The position numbers were made by a program, and so were the translations under genes. A stretch of DNA of 64,000 bases, from positions 121,458 through 185,457 of the forward strand of contig JAVVEA010000003.1 of the NCBI GenBank assembly GCA_032250835.1, written 5' to 3'. Positions 1-8,820 of the stretch are shown in pieces. Below the pieces are notes generated by a model. That model worked only from the letters and a program-made list of their open reading frames with translations, was not told the DNA's origin and did not search any database. Source of the DNA: a bacterium (GTDB lineage Bacteria > SAR324 > XYD2-FULL-50-16). Numbering within the stretch: the stretch's first letter is position 1; each line of letters begins with the position of its first letter.

Positions 1-2
1 CT

Positions 3-1895
3 AAAGGCCCCAAGCTGCTGCAAGCAGCCCCCTATGGAGCCAATCGTTTCACCCTGCTTTTTGAAGATGGCTCCGTGACTTTAGTGCGGGTCCGCTTCCA
101 AACCGAATTTGCCGAAGACAACCACCGGACGGTGGAACACCAAGCCTCGGTGGTGCGCCGCCTGCCGGTGGGCACCTTTGCGGCCGCTCCGGTCAAGGTC
201 CAGTTGCGGGCTATTGGGGCCGGATTGTTGGCGGTGGCGCAACTGCCCGATAACCGGTTGCAGTTGGTGGCCCTTAAGGTAGAAGAAGATTTCTTGGGCA
301 ATGTGAGCGAATCTCGCTTTGAAAGCTTCATCAATGCCGAAGACCCTGTCAGTGCATATTCGCTTAATGAAGCGGGCACCCAATTATATGTAGCTACCGA
401 GACGGGTAAGCTGATGCTCTGGAGCCTCAAAGACCCTGAAGAACCGAGTCTTTCGGACCTACAGCAGGCCTTTGACGATGGCCGCAAACTGACCGATCTG
501 GCCTTGCTCTTTGGTGATGAATCGATTGTGGTCGGGGACTCGGCTGGTCAGGTAACCAGTTGGTTCATGGCCCCGGCTTCTGAAGGCAGTCCCGAAAAGA
601 AGCTGACCCGCATCCACGACTTAAGCCAGTTCAACAGCCCGGTCCAAAGAGTGACGGCCTCGTTGCGCAACAAATCGGTGCTCTCTTTGGCCGACGGCAA
701 GATTGAATTGGATCATTCCACCTCTGAACGCAATTTGGTCAGTTTCGAGACCCAGGCGCCGATCACCCACTTTGCTTTCTCGACCCGGGGTAACGGCCTC
801 TTGGCGATGGACGGGCAAGACAAGGTAACCCTCTGGTCTGTAGACGCGCCGCACCCCGAAGGCAGCTGGCAGGTTTATTTTGGTAAGGTCTGGTACGAGA
901 ACTACGATGCTCCGGCTTACGTCTGGCAATCCTCGGCTGGTACCGATGACTTTGAGCCCAAATTCAGCTTGATCCCGTTGATCTTCGGCAGCCTGAAGGG
1001 CACCCTTTATGCCATGCTCTTTGCGGTGCCGATCGCCATCTTCGGTGCACTCTACACCAACCAATTTGCCAGCCGCCGCTTCCAGGCGATCGTCAAACCG
1101 GCGGTGGAGATCACCGCCGCCGTACCTAGCGTGATCATCGGTTTTTTAGCGGCCCTTTGGTTGGCTCCGATCGTTGACGAATGGCTGTTGAGCTTCTTTT
1201 TGTTTATCCTGATCCTGCCGCTCCTGTTGTCGCTGTTTTTGCTCGCCTGGGCTCGGCTACGGACCAACTTAAAGATCCGCTTGATCGAGCAGTCAAAGGA
1301 GCTTTATCTGGCCATGCCCTTATTGCTGATGGCCATTGGCATGTCAGTCTGGCTACAGCCGATGGTGCAAGACTGGCTCTTTGACGGCAGCTTTAAACAA
1401 TGGATCTTTGACAACATCACCAAGAATTACGACCAGCGCAACAGCATCGTTATCTCTTTCGCGTTGGGCTTTATCGTGATCCCCTTCATTTTTACCATGA
1501 CCGACGACGCTCTTTCGAGCGTGCCCGACTCCTTAAAGGCGGCCAGTGCTGCGCTCGGGGCTAGTCGGTGGCAGACGACTTGGAAAGTGTTGTTGCCCTC
1601 GGCCTCGCCGGGGCTTTTTGCCGGGACCATTCTGGGCATGGGCCGCGCCATTGGGGAAACGATGATCGTTTTGATGGCCACCGGCAACACGCCGATCATC
1701 GATTTGTCGATGTTTAACGGCATGCGGACCCTTTCGGCCAACATTGCTGTAGAAATCCCCGAAGCGCCGGTGGGCGGTTCGCTGTACCGGGTCTTGTTCC
1801 TTTCGGCGGTGATCCTCTTTTGTTTCACCTTCGTAATCAACAGTCTGGCAGAATTATTCCGTTATACCTTGAGGAAGAAGTATGCCGAATTCTAA
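3..1895 (+). CDS. pstC: Phosphate ABC transporter permease PstC, long form with beta-propeller-like domain; 5' partial
   Basis: Frame is open from the window start. C-terminal permease motifs (SLKAASAALGASRWQT, GRAIGETMIVLMATGN). First gene of pstC-pstA-pstB-phoU. Confidence 0.9.
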   Translation, partial: KGPKLLQAAPYGANRFTLLFEDGSVTLVRVRFQTEFAEDNHRTVEHQASVVRRLPVGTFAAAPVKVQLRAIGAGLLAVAQLPDNRLQLVALKVEEDFLGNVSESRFESFINAEDPVSAYSLNEAGTQLYVATETGKLMLWSLKDPEEPSLSDLQQAFDDGRKLTDLALLFGDESIVVGDSAGQVTSWFMAPASEGSPEKKLTRIHDLSQFNSPVQRVTASLRNKSVLSLADGKIELDHSTSERNLVSFETQAPITHFAFSTRGNGLLAMDGQDKVTLWSVDAPHPEGSWQVYFGKVWYENYDAPAYVWQSSAGTDDFEPKFSLIPLIFGSLKGTLYAMLFAVPIAIFGALYTNQFASRRFQAIVKPAVEITAAVPSVIIGFLAALWLAPIVDEWLLSFFLFILILPLLLSLFLLAWARLRTNLKIRLIEQSKELYLAMPLLLMAIGMSVWLQPMVQDWLFDGSFKQWIFDNITKNYDQRNSIVISFALGFIVIPFIFTMTDDALSSVPDSLKAASAALGASRWQTTWKVLLPSASPGLFAGTILGMGRAIGETMIVLMATGNTPIIDLSMFNGMRTLSANIAVEIPEAPVGGSLYRVLFLSAVILFCFTFVINSLAELFRYTLRKKYAEF

Positions 1896-3510
1896 AGAAC
1901 AACAGGCCTTTGTCAAAGCCGAAATCAAGAAGTTTTGGCGCGAAGGCGAATACAACGTCTGGTTCTCCACGCTCAGTATCGGTGGCATTCTGCTGATGGC
2001 CTTGACCCTTTTGGTGGTCGTGGTGATCAACGGCTTGGGGGCTTTGTGGCCGGCGGACTTGGTACAGGTGAAGACCGAAGACGGGCGCACCTATTTGGGC
2101 GAGCTCAAGCAGACCGGGGTGCATCCTTTGACCAAGGAAGCGCGCTTCCAACTTAAAATTGGCAACCGGGACCTTTATCCCTTGGATTTTAAGTGGATTG
2201 AGTCAAAGCATGTGACCGAAACCCAGCATCCCGAAGAGGCCATTGCTTTAGAACGCGAAGAATATGGCAATTTTTACGGCTACCTAAAAAGGGTGCAAAG
2301 CCCGGCGCTGACCCGCGAGGATGGCGGACTGGAAGCCTTGCGCATGCCTGCTGCCAACGCGCGAGAAAAACTGGAAAGCCTCAACGACGAGATCAAAAGT
2401 CTCTCGCAAGAGATGCAGTCGGTGAGGCTCGACATCCAGGCCATCAAGTACCACCACCCTGACGAACCCGAACGGCCTGAATTGATTGAATTGGGCAAGA
2501 AGGTACGGGCTCTCCGGTTTGAGTTCGACAAGTTGGTCCATGCCCAAGGGGTAGAGCAGAGTGCGGCGTTGATGCATGTGGCGGTCTTTGAGGACGTCGA
2601 GGGGAAGACCCGCGAAATCCCCATGATCTACATCCACCGCTACTATTACCCCAACCAGATGAACTGGGCCCAGAAGACCCTCCATTATTTGGCCAAAATA
2701 TTGGAGTTGTTTATTGCCGAACCTCGCGAATCAAACACAGAAGGCGGTTTGTACCCGGCCATCGTGGGTACGGTGATGCTGGTGATGATCATGAGCATGT
2801 TCTCCTTCCCCTTAGGGGTCATCGCCGCCGTCTACTTGCGCGAATATGCCCGCAAAGGGGTGATGGTCCAAGCGATTCGGGTGGCGGTCAACAATTTGGC
2901 CGGCATCCCTTCGATCGTTTGGGGCATCTTTGGCTTGGCCTTCTTTATTTACGCCGTCGGTGGCGGCATCGACGCGGTCTTCTTCCCGGAGCGTTCACCG
3001 AACCCGACCTTCGGCACCGGCGGGGTCCTTTGGGCCAGCGCTACCTTGGGGCTATTGACCGTTCCGGTGGTGATCGTAGCTACCGAAGAGGCCTTGGGTT
3101 CGGTGCCCGGAGAAATCCGCCACGGCTCCTTAGCGCTAGGGGCAACCCAGTTCCAAACGCTGATGCGGGTGATATTACCGATGGCCAGCCCGCGCATCAT
3201 GACCGGCTTTATCCTGGCCATGAGCCGTGCCGCTGGTGAAGTAGCCCCCTTGATGATCACCGGGGTGGTTAAACTGGCCCCCTCCTTGCCGATAGATACT
3301 GACTTCCCCTTTGTGCATTTAGAGCGTAAGTTCATGCATCTAGGGTTCCATATCTATGACGTGGGCTTTCAATCGCCCAACGTTGAAGCCGCCAAACCGA
3401 TGGTTTTCGTGACCACGTTGCTGCTCTTGGGCGTGGTGGTCACGCTGACTTCCGCGTCTATCTTTTTACGCAACCGGATGAAGAAACGTTTCGCCGGACG
3501 AACCTTCTAA
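1882..3510 (+). CDS. pstA: Phosphate ABC transporter permease PstA, long form with coiled-coil insert
   Basis: NLAGIPSIVWGIFG, GSLALGATQFQT and SRAAGEVAPL motifs; overlaps pstC stop. Confidence 0.92.
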   Translation: MPNSKEQQAFVKAEIKKFWREGEYNVWFSTLSIGGILLMALTLLVVVVINGLGALWPADLVQVKTEDGRTYLGELKQTGVHPLTKEARFQLKIGNRDLYPLDFKWIESKHVTETQHPEEAIALEREEYGNFYGYLKRVQSPALTREDGGLEALRMPAANAREKLESLNDEIKSLSQEMQSVRLDIQAIKYHHPDEPERPELIELGKKVRALRFEFDKLVHAQGVEQSAALMHVAVFEDVEGKTREIPMIYIHRYYYPNQMNWAQKTLHYLAKILELFIAEPRESNTEGGLYPAIVGTVMLVMIMSMFSFPLGVIAAVYLREYARKGVMVQAIRVAVNNLAGIPSIVWGIFGLAFFIYAVGGGIDAVFFPERSPNPTFGTGGVLWASATLGLLTVPVVIVATEEALGSVPGEIRHGSLALGATQFQTLMRVILPMASPRIMTGFILAMSRAAGEVAPLMITGVVKLAPSLPIDTDFPFVHLERKFMHLGFHIYDVGFQSPNVEAAKPMVFVTTLLLLGVVVTLTSASIFLRNRMKKRFAGRTF

Positions 3511-3516
3511 TATATT

Positions 3517-4296
3517 ATGAGCGACCCAATCAGCAAATTCACTCCTGTCATGCGCGTACGCGACCTAGACTTGTTTTATGGCGAGTCCCAGGCGCTCTTC
3601 GCGGTGGATATGGACATCCCCAAACACCAGGTAACGGCGCTGATCGGGCCGTCAGGTTGCGGGAAATCGACTTTCTTGCGCTGTCTGAACCGGATGAACG
3701 ACCTCCTGGGGATCGTCAGCATTACCGGCAAGATCGAACTAGAAGACGGCACGGACATTTACGACAAACACCAAGACCCGATCCAGCTGCGGCGTCAGGT
3801 AGGGATGATTTTCCAGAAGTCCAACCCCTTCCCTAAGTCGATCTACGAAAATGTGATCTATGGCTTGCGGATTGCTGGGGTCAACGACAAAAAGAAGCTC
3901 GATGAGGTGGTCGAAGACAGCCTGCAACGCGCCGCTTTGTGGGAGGAAGTTAAAGACCGCTTGGACGCTAGCGCCTTGGGCCTTTCGGGCGGCCAAATGC
4001 AACGACTCTGCATTGCCCGCGCCGTCGCAGTCGGGCCGGAAATTTTATTGATGGACGAACCCTGTTCGGCTCTAGACCCCAAATCGACCTCTAAAATTGA
4101 GGATTTGATTTTAGAGCTACGCGGGAGTTATACTATTGTGATCGTGACCCACAATATGCAGCAGGCCTCTAGGGTCAGCGACTACACGGGCTTTTTCTAC
4201 GAGGGAAAACTGATCGAATTCGACCGGACCCAAAAAATATTCACCAACCCCACCAACCAACAGACCGAAGACTACATTACCGGTCGCTTCGGCTAA
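3517..4296 (+). CDS. pstB: Phosphate ABC transporter ATP-binding protein
   Basis: GPSGCGKST Walker [15 protein letters not shown] signature, C-terminal [10 protein letters not shown]. Confidence 0.97.
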   Translation: MSDPISKFTPVMRVRDLDLFYGESQALFAVDMDIPKHQVTALIGPSGCGKSTFLRCLNRMNDLLGIVSITGKIELEDGTDIYDKHQDPIQLRRQVGMIFQKSNPFPKSIYENVIYGLRIAGVNDKKKLDEVVEDSLQRAALWEEVKDRLDASALGLSGGQMQRLCIARAVAVGPEILLMDEPCSALDPKSTSKIEDLILELRGSYTIVIVTHNMQQASRVSDYTGFFYEGKLIEFDRTQKIFTNPTNQQTEDYITGRFG

Positions 4297-4308
4297 GGAC
4301 AGAGCAAC

Positions 4309-4995
4309 ATGACGATTCATCTGCAAAAGGAAATCGAAAAGCTCAAGACCATGATCCTCTCAATGAGTGCTCGGGTCGAGAAAAACTTCCATGATATCTC
4401 CGAAGCCGCTATCATTAGCGATGTGGAAACGGCTAATCGGGTGATCAAAGAGGAAGCACAAATCAACGACATAGAGCTGGAGATTGAGGAAGAATGCCTC
4501 AAAAGTCTAGCGCTCTACCAGCCGGTAGCGGTCGATTTGCGGCTGATCGTGGCGATCTTGAAGATCAATAATGAGTTAGAGCGGATCAATGACTTTTCGG
4601 TCAATATCGCCGAACGTGTCTTGGACCTAGCCAGCCTGTCTAACTTTGAGACACCCTTCGACATTAAGGGCATGTCCGAAAAGGTGGGGCGGATGCTCTC
4701 GATGAGCTTGGACGCGCTGATCAACATGGACCCGCAGCTGGCAATCGAAGTCTGCAACTTAGACGACGAGGTGGACGACCAGAACAAAGAAATCTTTGCT
4801 CAGGTCACCACCGAGATCCAAAAGGACCCCAGCCGGGTCAAGATCATGTTGCAATATGCCTCAATCAGCCGCTACCTAGAGCGTATCGCCGATTTGGCCA
4901 GCAACATCGCCGAGGATGTGATTTACTTGGTTGAAGGCGCGATCATCCGGCACCAGGATATTGAGGATCTTTCTGAAATCAGCCACGGCGACTAA
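4309..4995 (+). CDS. phoU: Phosphate signalling protein PhoU
   Basis: YQPVAVDLR, ELERIND and YLERIADLASNIAEDVIY repeats; follows pstB. Confidence 0.95.
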   Translation: MTIHLQKEIEKLKTMILSMSARVEKNFHDISEAAIISDVETANRVIKEEAQINDIELEIEEECLKSLALYQPVAVDLRLIVAILKINNELERINDFSVNIAERVLDLASLSNFETPFDIKGMSEKVGRMLSMSLDALINMDPQLAIEVCNLDDEVDDQNKEIFAQVTTEIQKDPSRVKIMLQYASISRYLERIADLASNIAEDVIYLVEGAIIRHQDIEDLSEISHGD

Positions 4996-5996
4996 AACCG
5001 CAGGCCCATGGTGATCTGTTGGCTGCGACCCTCTTGGCTAGGGTCGCCGCCTAGTTCCATGGCGTAAACGTGGTCGGTGAATTGGTAGCCGATTTGGTAC
5101 CCCTTCTGGGGGACCCAGGAAAGGGTCAGTCTGCGCAATTGACTGCTACGCTCCACTTGAAATTGGTCGGCCACCTCGGCGAATTGTATCTGTTCGCTGT
5201 GCAGCCCCACCAAAAACCTCCCCATTTTTAATTCCAATTCCAATCGTTGCCTCTCTTCGTCAGGATGCAGCGTTGAGAGGTCGGTACCTTGGTGGGCATA
5301 GTTCGCTTGGCCTCTGGCCGCTTCGATGCGTACCTGGGCAAATCCGTTGGTCTTAAAGGCTAATGCCGCCCAGTTGCGGTTGAACTGGGTGGCTGCTTGG
5401 CTGAGCCGTTGCCGCTCAACCTGTTCTACCCCACCAGCCAAGTACAGCAGTCCGGCGAGCCGCAAGCTGAGGCTGGCGTTTTGACTGTTTTGATAGGTCG
5501 GGGCGCTTTGGTCTATGTGGATCGCTTGGTGCTGGGCCGCTAAGCCAAATCCGAGCGGGCCCAGCGGGAGGGCTAGGTTTAAATGGGTCCAATCGGCCTG
5601 CTGGTGGCTGACGCCGCCAGCGGACTTATGGCTACAGTTGTAGACCTCATCGACCTGACCACAATGGCTGGCTCCTTCAAGCCACAATAGGTCGGTGCTA
5701 CTGCGGGCAACCCAGGGCTCGACCCGGACCGGGCCGAGGGTAAAGCTACTGGTGATCTGCTGTCCCGAGCCGTTCCAGTCAATGGCGTCATCGCCGCCCA
5801 AGCCGTGGGTCTGCCAACTGGCTACATTGAGGCTGATTTGGTCGGTGGGCTCACCCTTTTCGTCGCTATCGCGCCATGCTAGAGCGGCAGGCAGCAGGCT
5901 GGGGTGGGAAGGGTCTAGAGAGGCAGTGGCCACTTGGGCGGCCAAGGGGCTGCTCCAAAGGGCCCAAAATAGAGTAGCTAGCAGAAGGATTTTCAT
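4992..5996 (-). CDS. Exported hypothetical protein, probable outer-membrane beta-barrel
   Basis: Signal peptide MKILLLATLFWALWSSPLAA (ATG 5996), alternating amphipathic strands, C-terminal ITMGLRF ending in Phe. Confidence 0.55.
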   Translation of the reverse strand: MKILLLATLFWALWSSPLAAQVATASLDPSHPSLLPAALAWRDSDEKGEPTDQISLNVASWQTHGLGGDDAIDWNGSGQQITSSFTLGPVRVEPWVARSSTDLLWLEGASHCGQVDEVYNCSHKSAGGVSHQQADWTHLNLALPLGPLGFGLAAQHQAIHIDQSAPTYQNSQNASLSLRLAGLLYLAGGVEQVERQRLSQAATQFNRNWAALAFKTNGFAQVRIEAARGQANYAHQGTDLSTLHPDEERQRLELELKMGRFLVGLHSEQIQFAEVADQFQVERSSQLRRLTLSWVPQKGYQIGYQFTDHVYAMELGGDPSQEGRSQQITMGLRF

Positions 5997-6110
5997 TTTC
6001 TTTGAGCAGGGCAACCGGTCAAGTTGACGGTTCCGGTCATCGGGGTTAAGGGATGCCTCGATGGTAATGCAAAAGGGGTGCAAGGGCTTTGAAGGCGGTG
6101 GTGAATCTAC

Positions 6111-7898
6111 CTAAAACCCTTTGCGCAGCGTAGACAGAGCCTGGGCCAGAAGTCCGCGGGCTTTAAGGGCCTGCTCCTTCTGCGGGGGCCTTTCGCGTAG
6201 GCCTTGGATTAAGGCACTACGGGGGCCTCTGTTCAGCGCTAATAAAATAGGCTCTTGCAACGATTTGGAGAGGCCGAAAAGGGCCTGTGCTAGCACCTCG
6301 GGGTCTAGGGTCGAGAGGCTCCGACGCAAAGACAAAGAATCTAGTTTAGGTAGCTCTTCCCAGGGGAAGTAAGATTGGCGAACCGCCGTCCCCAGGGCGA
6401 CTTCTTTCTCTTCGAGGCGCACCATAAATTCTTCGCGCTCCACGGGCCCTAAAGTTTCCAGCTTTTGCAAGGCTTCGCCTAAGGCTGTCGGGTCCACCTG
6501 TGCGGCGGCGCGTTGTTCTTCAAGACGGGTCTGGAGGCCTCGGGCGATTTGAGCCAGCAGGTCGGGCGCCAAGCTGCGCTTCTTTTTACGTTCCTCGGCT
6601 AGGGAAGCGGGGTGTTGCAGCCTTTCGGCCAAGGCCTCGGCTTCGCCGTTCCAATGCCGCAAAACCAGGGCCTGGATCAGGGGGGTTTCCTCAACGATCA
6701 ACCGGTAGATTTCATCGCTTTCGGCGTCTTTTAAGAAGGCCAAGGCCTTCTGTTCTTCTGGCAGGCTGGCGTGGGGCGTGGGGCTTGGGGCCACGGGTTT
6801 TTTGGGGGCCGGTTCTGCCGGGGCTGCGGGCTGAGTTTGGGCCTTTTGTTTTTCGTCCTTTAGGTGGCGCAACTTATCTAAGAAAAAGTGCTGGTGTAGT
6901 TCCATCAGCAGCTTATTCTCTTCCTCGGGACTAAAAAACAAGTCAGCTGCTTCGCTGAGCAACTCGGCGATGCGCGGCTTTTCAAGGGCTTCGCCAAAGG
7001 CTTGTTGGCTGCGGCCGGGGCCGAAGACGGCCATGATCCGCGCGAGCCCCCTGGGGCCCCGGTCTACGGCCAGTTCACGGGCCCAGTCGGGTTGGAGGCG
7101 GAGTAATTCACACAGGTCTGTTTTGACGCTATCTAAGTCGAGGTCACTATTTTCTTTAAAGAGCCCTTTAAAGTCTTTGAGCTCCGTAAAATCCACCTCC
7201 CCTTCAACCTTCAAGTGCGCCAAACGAGCCATGTCTTTCTCGGGGCTTTCGGCACGGCGGCGCAGGAATAGAGCCAAGACCAATACAGCGGCCACCGAAA
7301 GGCCCAAACCCCAGATCAGGTAGGGTTGCTCGCGGTCCATGATGGGCTCTTGGCTGGGCTCATCTTGAAGGGGTTCCAGAGAGCGGGGTGCGTTGGCCGG
7401 TTTGAGCGTTAAGTCGGAGGTGGTCGCTGGGGGCTCTTCGGGCGTGGCTTCTGGCGGGGCCGCTGGTGCCGTACTTTGGGCAACCCCTAAATCCAACCAG
7501 TCTCCTTTAGCCAAGGGGCCGATTTTCTGGGCCAAGGCGGATTGGAGTTTTTGGGCCGCCTGATCCGACAAAGGACCGGTGAAGTTGAGCTTAACTTGGA
7601 TTCCCTGGGCGGTAAACCCACCCCCGCCCAGTTGAGCCGTAAGGTCGGGTACAATCCGACCATCGCTCAGGCGTTTGGATTTTTGGGCTACCTTACCTTG
7701 GCCTAGGTTTTTTTGCGGGGCCCAGGTGATTTTGACTAGCGCCGGGCTCGACAACGGGAGCCCCTGTTCGGCGGCTACCGCTTCGGCCTGCCGAGCTAGG
7801 CGGTCCTCCTCTAGCAAAGGCGCAGTAACGCCTTGGGCCCAAAGGGGGGCAGCCAAGAAGGGCCAAGATAAAATGAGGGCAAGAAGGTTTAATCGCAT
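6111..7898 (-). CDS. Membrane-anchored FliG-domain protein, apparent FliF(C-terminal half)-FliG fusion
   Basis: Signal peptide, RBM3-like segment (PLSDQAAQKLQSALAQKIGPLAKGDWLDL), TM helix, then FliG N/M/C-like blocks (IVEETPLIQALVL; AVRQSYFPWEELPKLDSLSLRRSLSTLDPEVLAQALFG). Confidence 0.7.
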   Translation of the reverse strand: MRLNLLALILSWPFLAAPLWAQGVTAPLLEEDRLARQAEAVAAEQGLPLSSPALVKITWAPQKNLGQGKVAQKSKRLSDGRIVPDLTAQLGGGGFTAQGIQVKLNFTGPLSDQAAQKLQSALAQKIGPLAKGDWLDLGVAQSTAPAAPPEATPEEPPATTSDLTLKPANAPRSLEPLQDEPSQEPIMDREQPYLIWGLGLSVAAVLVLALFLRRRAESPEKDMARLAHLKVEGEVDFTELKDFKGLFKENSDLDLDSVKTDLCELLRLQPDWARELAVDRGPRGLARIMAVFGPGRSQQAFGEALEKPRIAELLSEAADLFFSPEEENKLLMELHQHFFLDKLRHLKDEKQKAQTQPAAPAEPAPKKPVAPSPTPHASLPEEQKALAFLKDAESDEIYRLIVEETPLIQALVLRHWNGEAEALAERLQHPASLAEERKKKRSLAPDLLAQIARGLQTRLEEQRAAAQVDPTALGEALQKLETLGPVEREEFMVRLEEKEVALGTAVRQSYFPWEELPKLDSLSLRRSLSTLDPEVLAQALFGLSKSLQEPILLALNRGPRSALIQGLRERPPQKEQALKARGLLAQALSTLRKGF

Positions 7899-8208
7899 AG
7901 GAGCTGGATAACTGATTTGGCGGCAGTATAGGTCAAACGGGGCGCAGAGGAAAGGGCTAAAATAGGGACCAGCCGTTACAATTTGTTACAATAGTTCACC
8001 TAGGGTTCATGACCTCTGGAGGCCAAGGGTATAGAAATGGGACTATATGGGGTAGCGGGTGCCACCGGGGATTAGTCAAGAATCCTTAAATTTTAGTCTT
8101 TAGCCTTAAATCCTACCCCATTATGTCCCTTGTGCGAAGTATAATTTGAGCGCATATTTTTAGCAGTTCAATTGATCGGATAGTTGCTTTAACAGATTGA
8201 GGAAAAAG

Positions 8209-8820
8209 ATGAACGATCTGAGAAGGATTAAGGGCGAACGCACCCGCAGGCGGATCATGACCTCCGCTTCGAAGCTGCTTGACGAAAAGGGCGTGAAAGG
8301 CTTGAGCACTCGCAATATCGCCCGTGCCGCCGGACTGAGCCAGTCCAGCCTCTACCACCATTTCGAAGACCTCGACGCAATCCTCTTCGAAACCATGATG
8401 GCCAAGACCCGCGCGGTCTTAGAAATTGCCGGGAGCCAAAACAGTGAGAGCCTAGAAGATTACTTCAAGGCCCTCTTCGAGTTTATTTTGGCGGGAGTCA
8501 AGCCCGACCACGCCGCCAAAGGGTATTTCACCATTTTCGACCGTGCCATGCACGACCCGGTTTTTTATAACCGTTTAGTGAAGATGAGCCGTGACTTACA
8601 GGCTGAACTATTGGAGAATATCCAACGGGTTTTGGGCAAGCCCATCGCCCCAGAAACACTTGAACTGATTGGTTTTGGTTTGAACCTTCTGCGTGAAGGC
8701 TTCTTGAGCCACATCCACATCCACCGCCAAGAGAGCCCGGTAAAGGCTCCTGAAGACTTGGCCCGCGAACTCTTTGGACTCTATGGACGTTGGATGGAGC
8801 AACTGGCGCATGCCAGTTGA
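8209..8820 (+). CDS. TetR/AcrR family transcriptional regulator
   Basis: HTH TRNIARAAGLSQSSLYHHF; GAGGA RBS before ATG 8209; heads an efflux operon. Confidence 0.92.
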   Translation: MNDLRRIKGERTRRRIMTSASKLLDEKGVKGLSTRNIARAAGLSQSSLYHHFEDLDAILFETMMAKTRAVLEIAGSQNSESLEDYFKALFEFILAGVKPDHAAKGYFTIFDRAMHDPVFYNRLVKMSRDLQAELLENIQRVLGKPIAPETLELIGFGLNLLREGFLSHIHIHRQESPVKAPEDLARELFGLYGRWMEQLAHAS

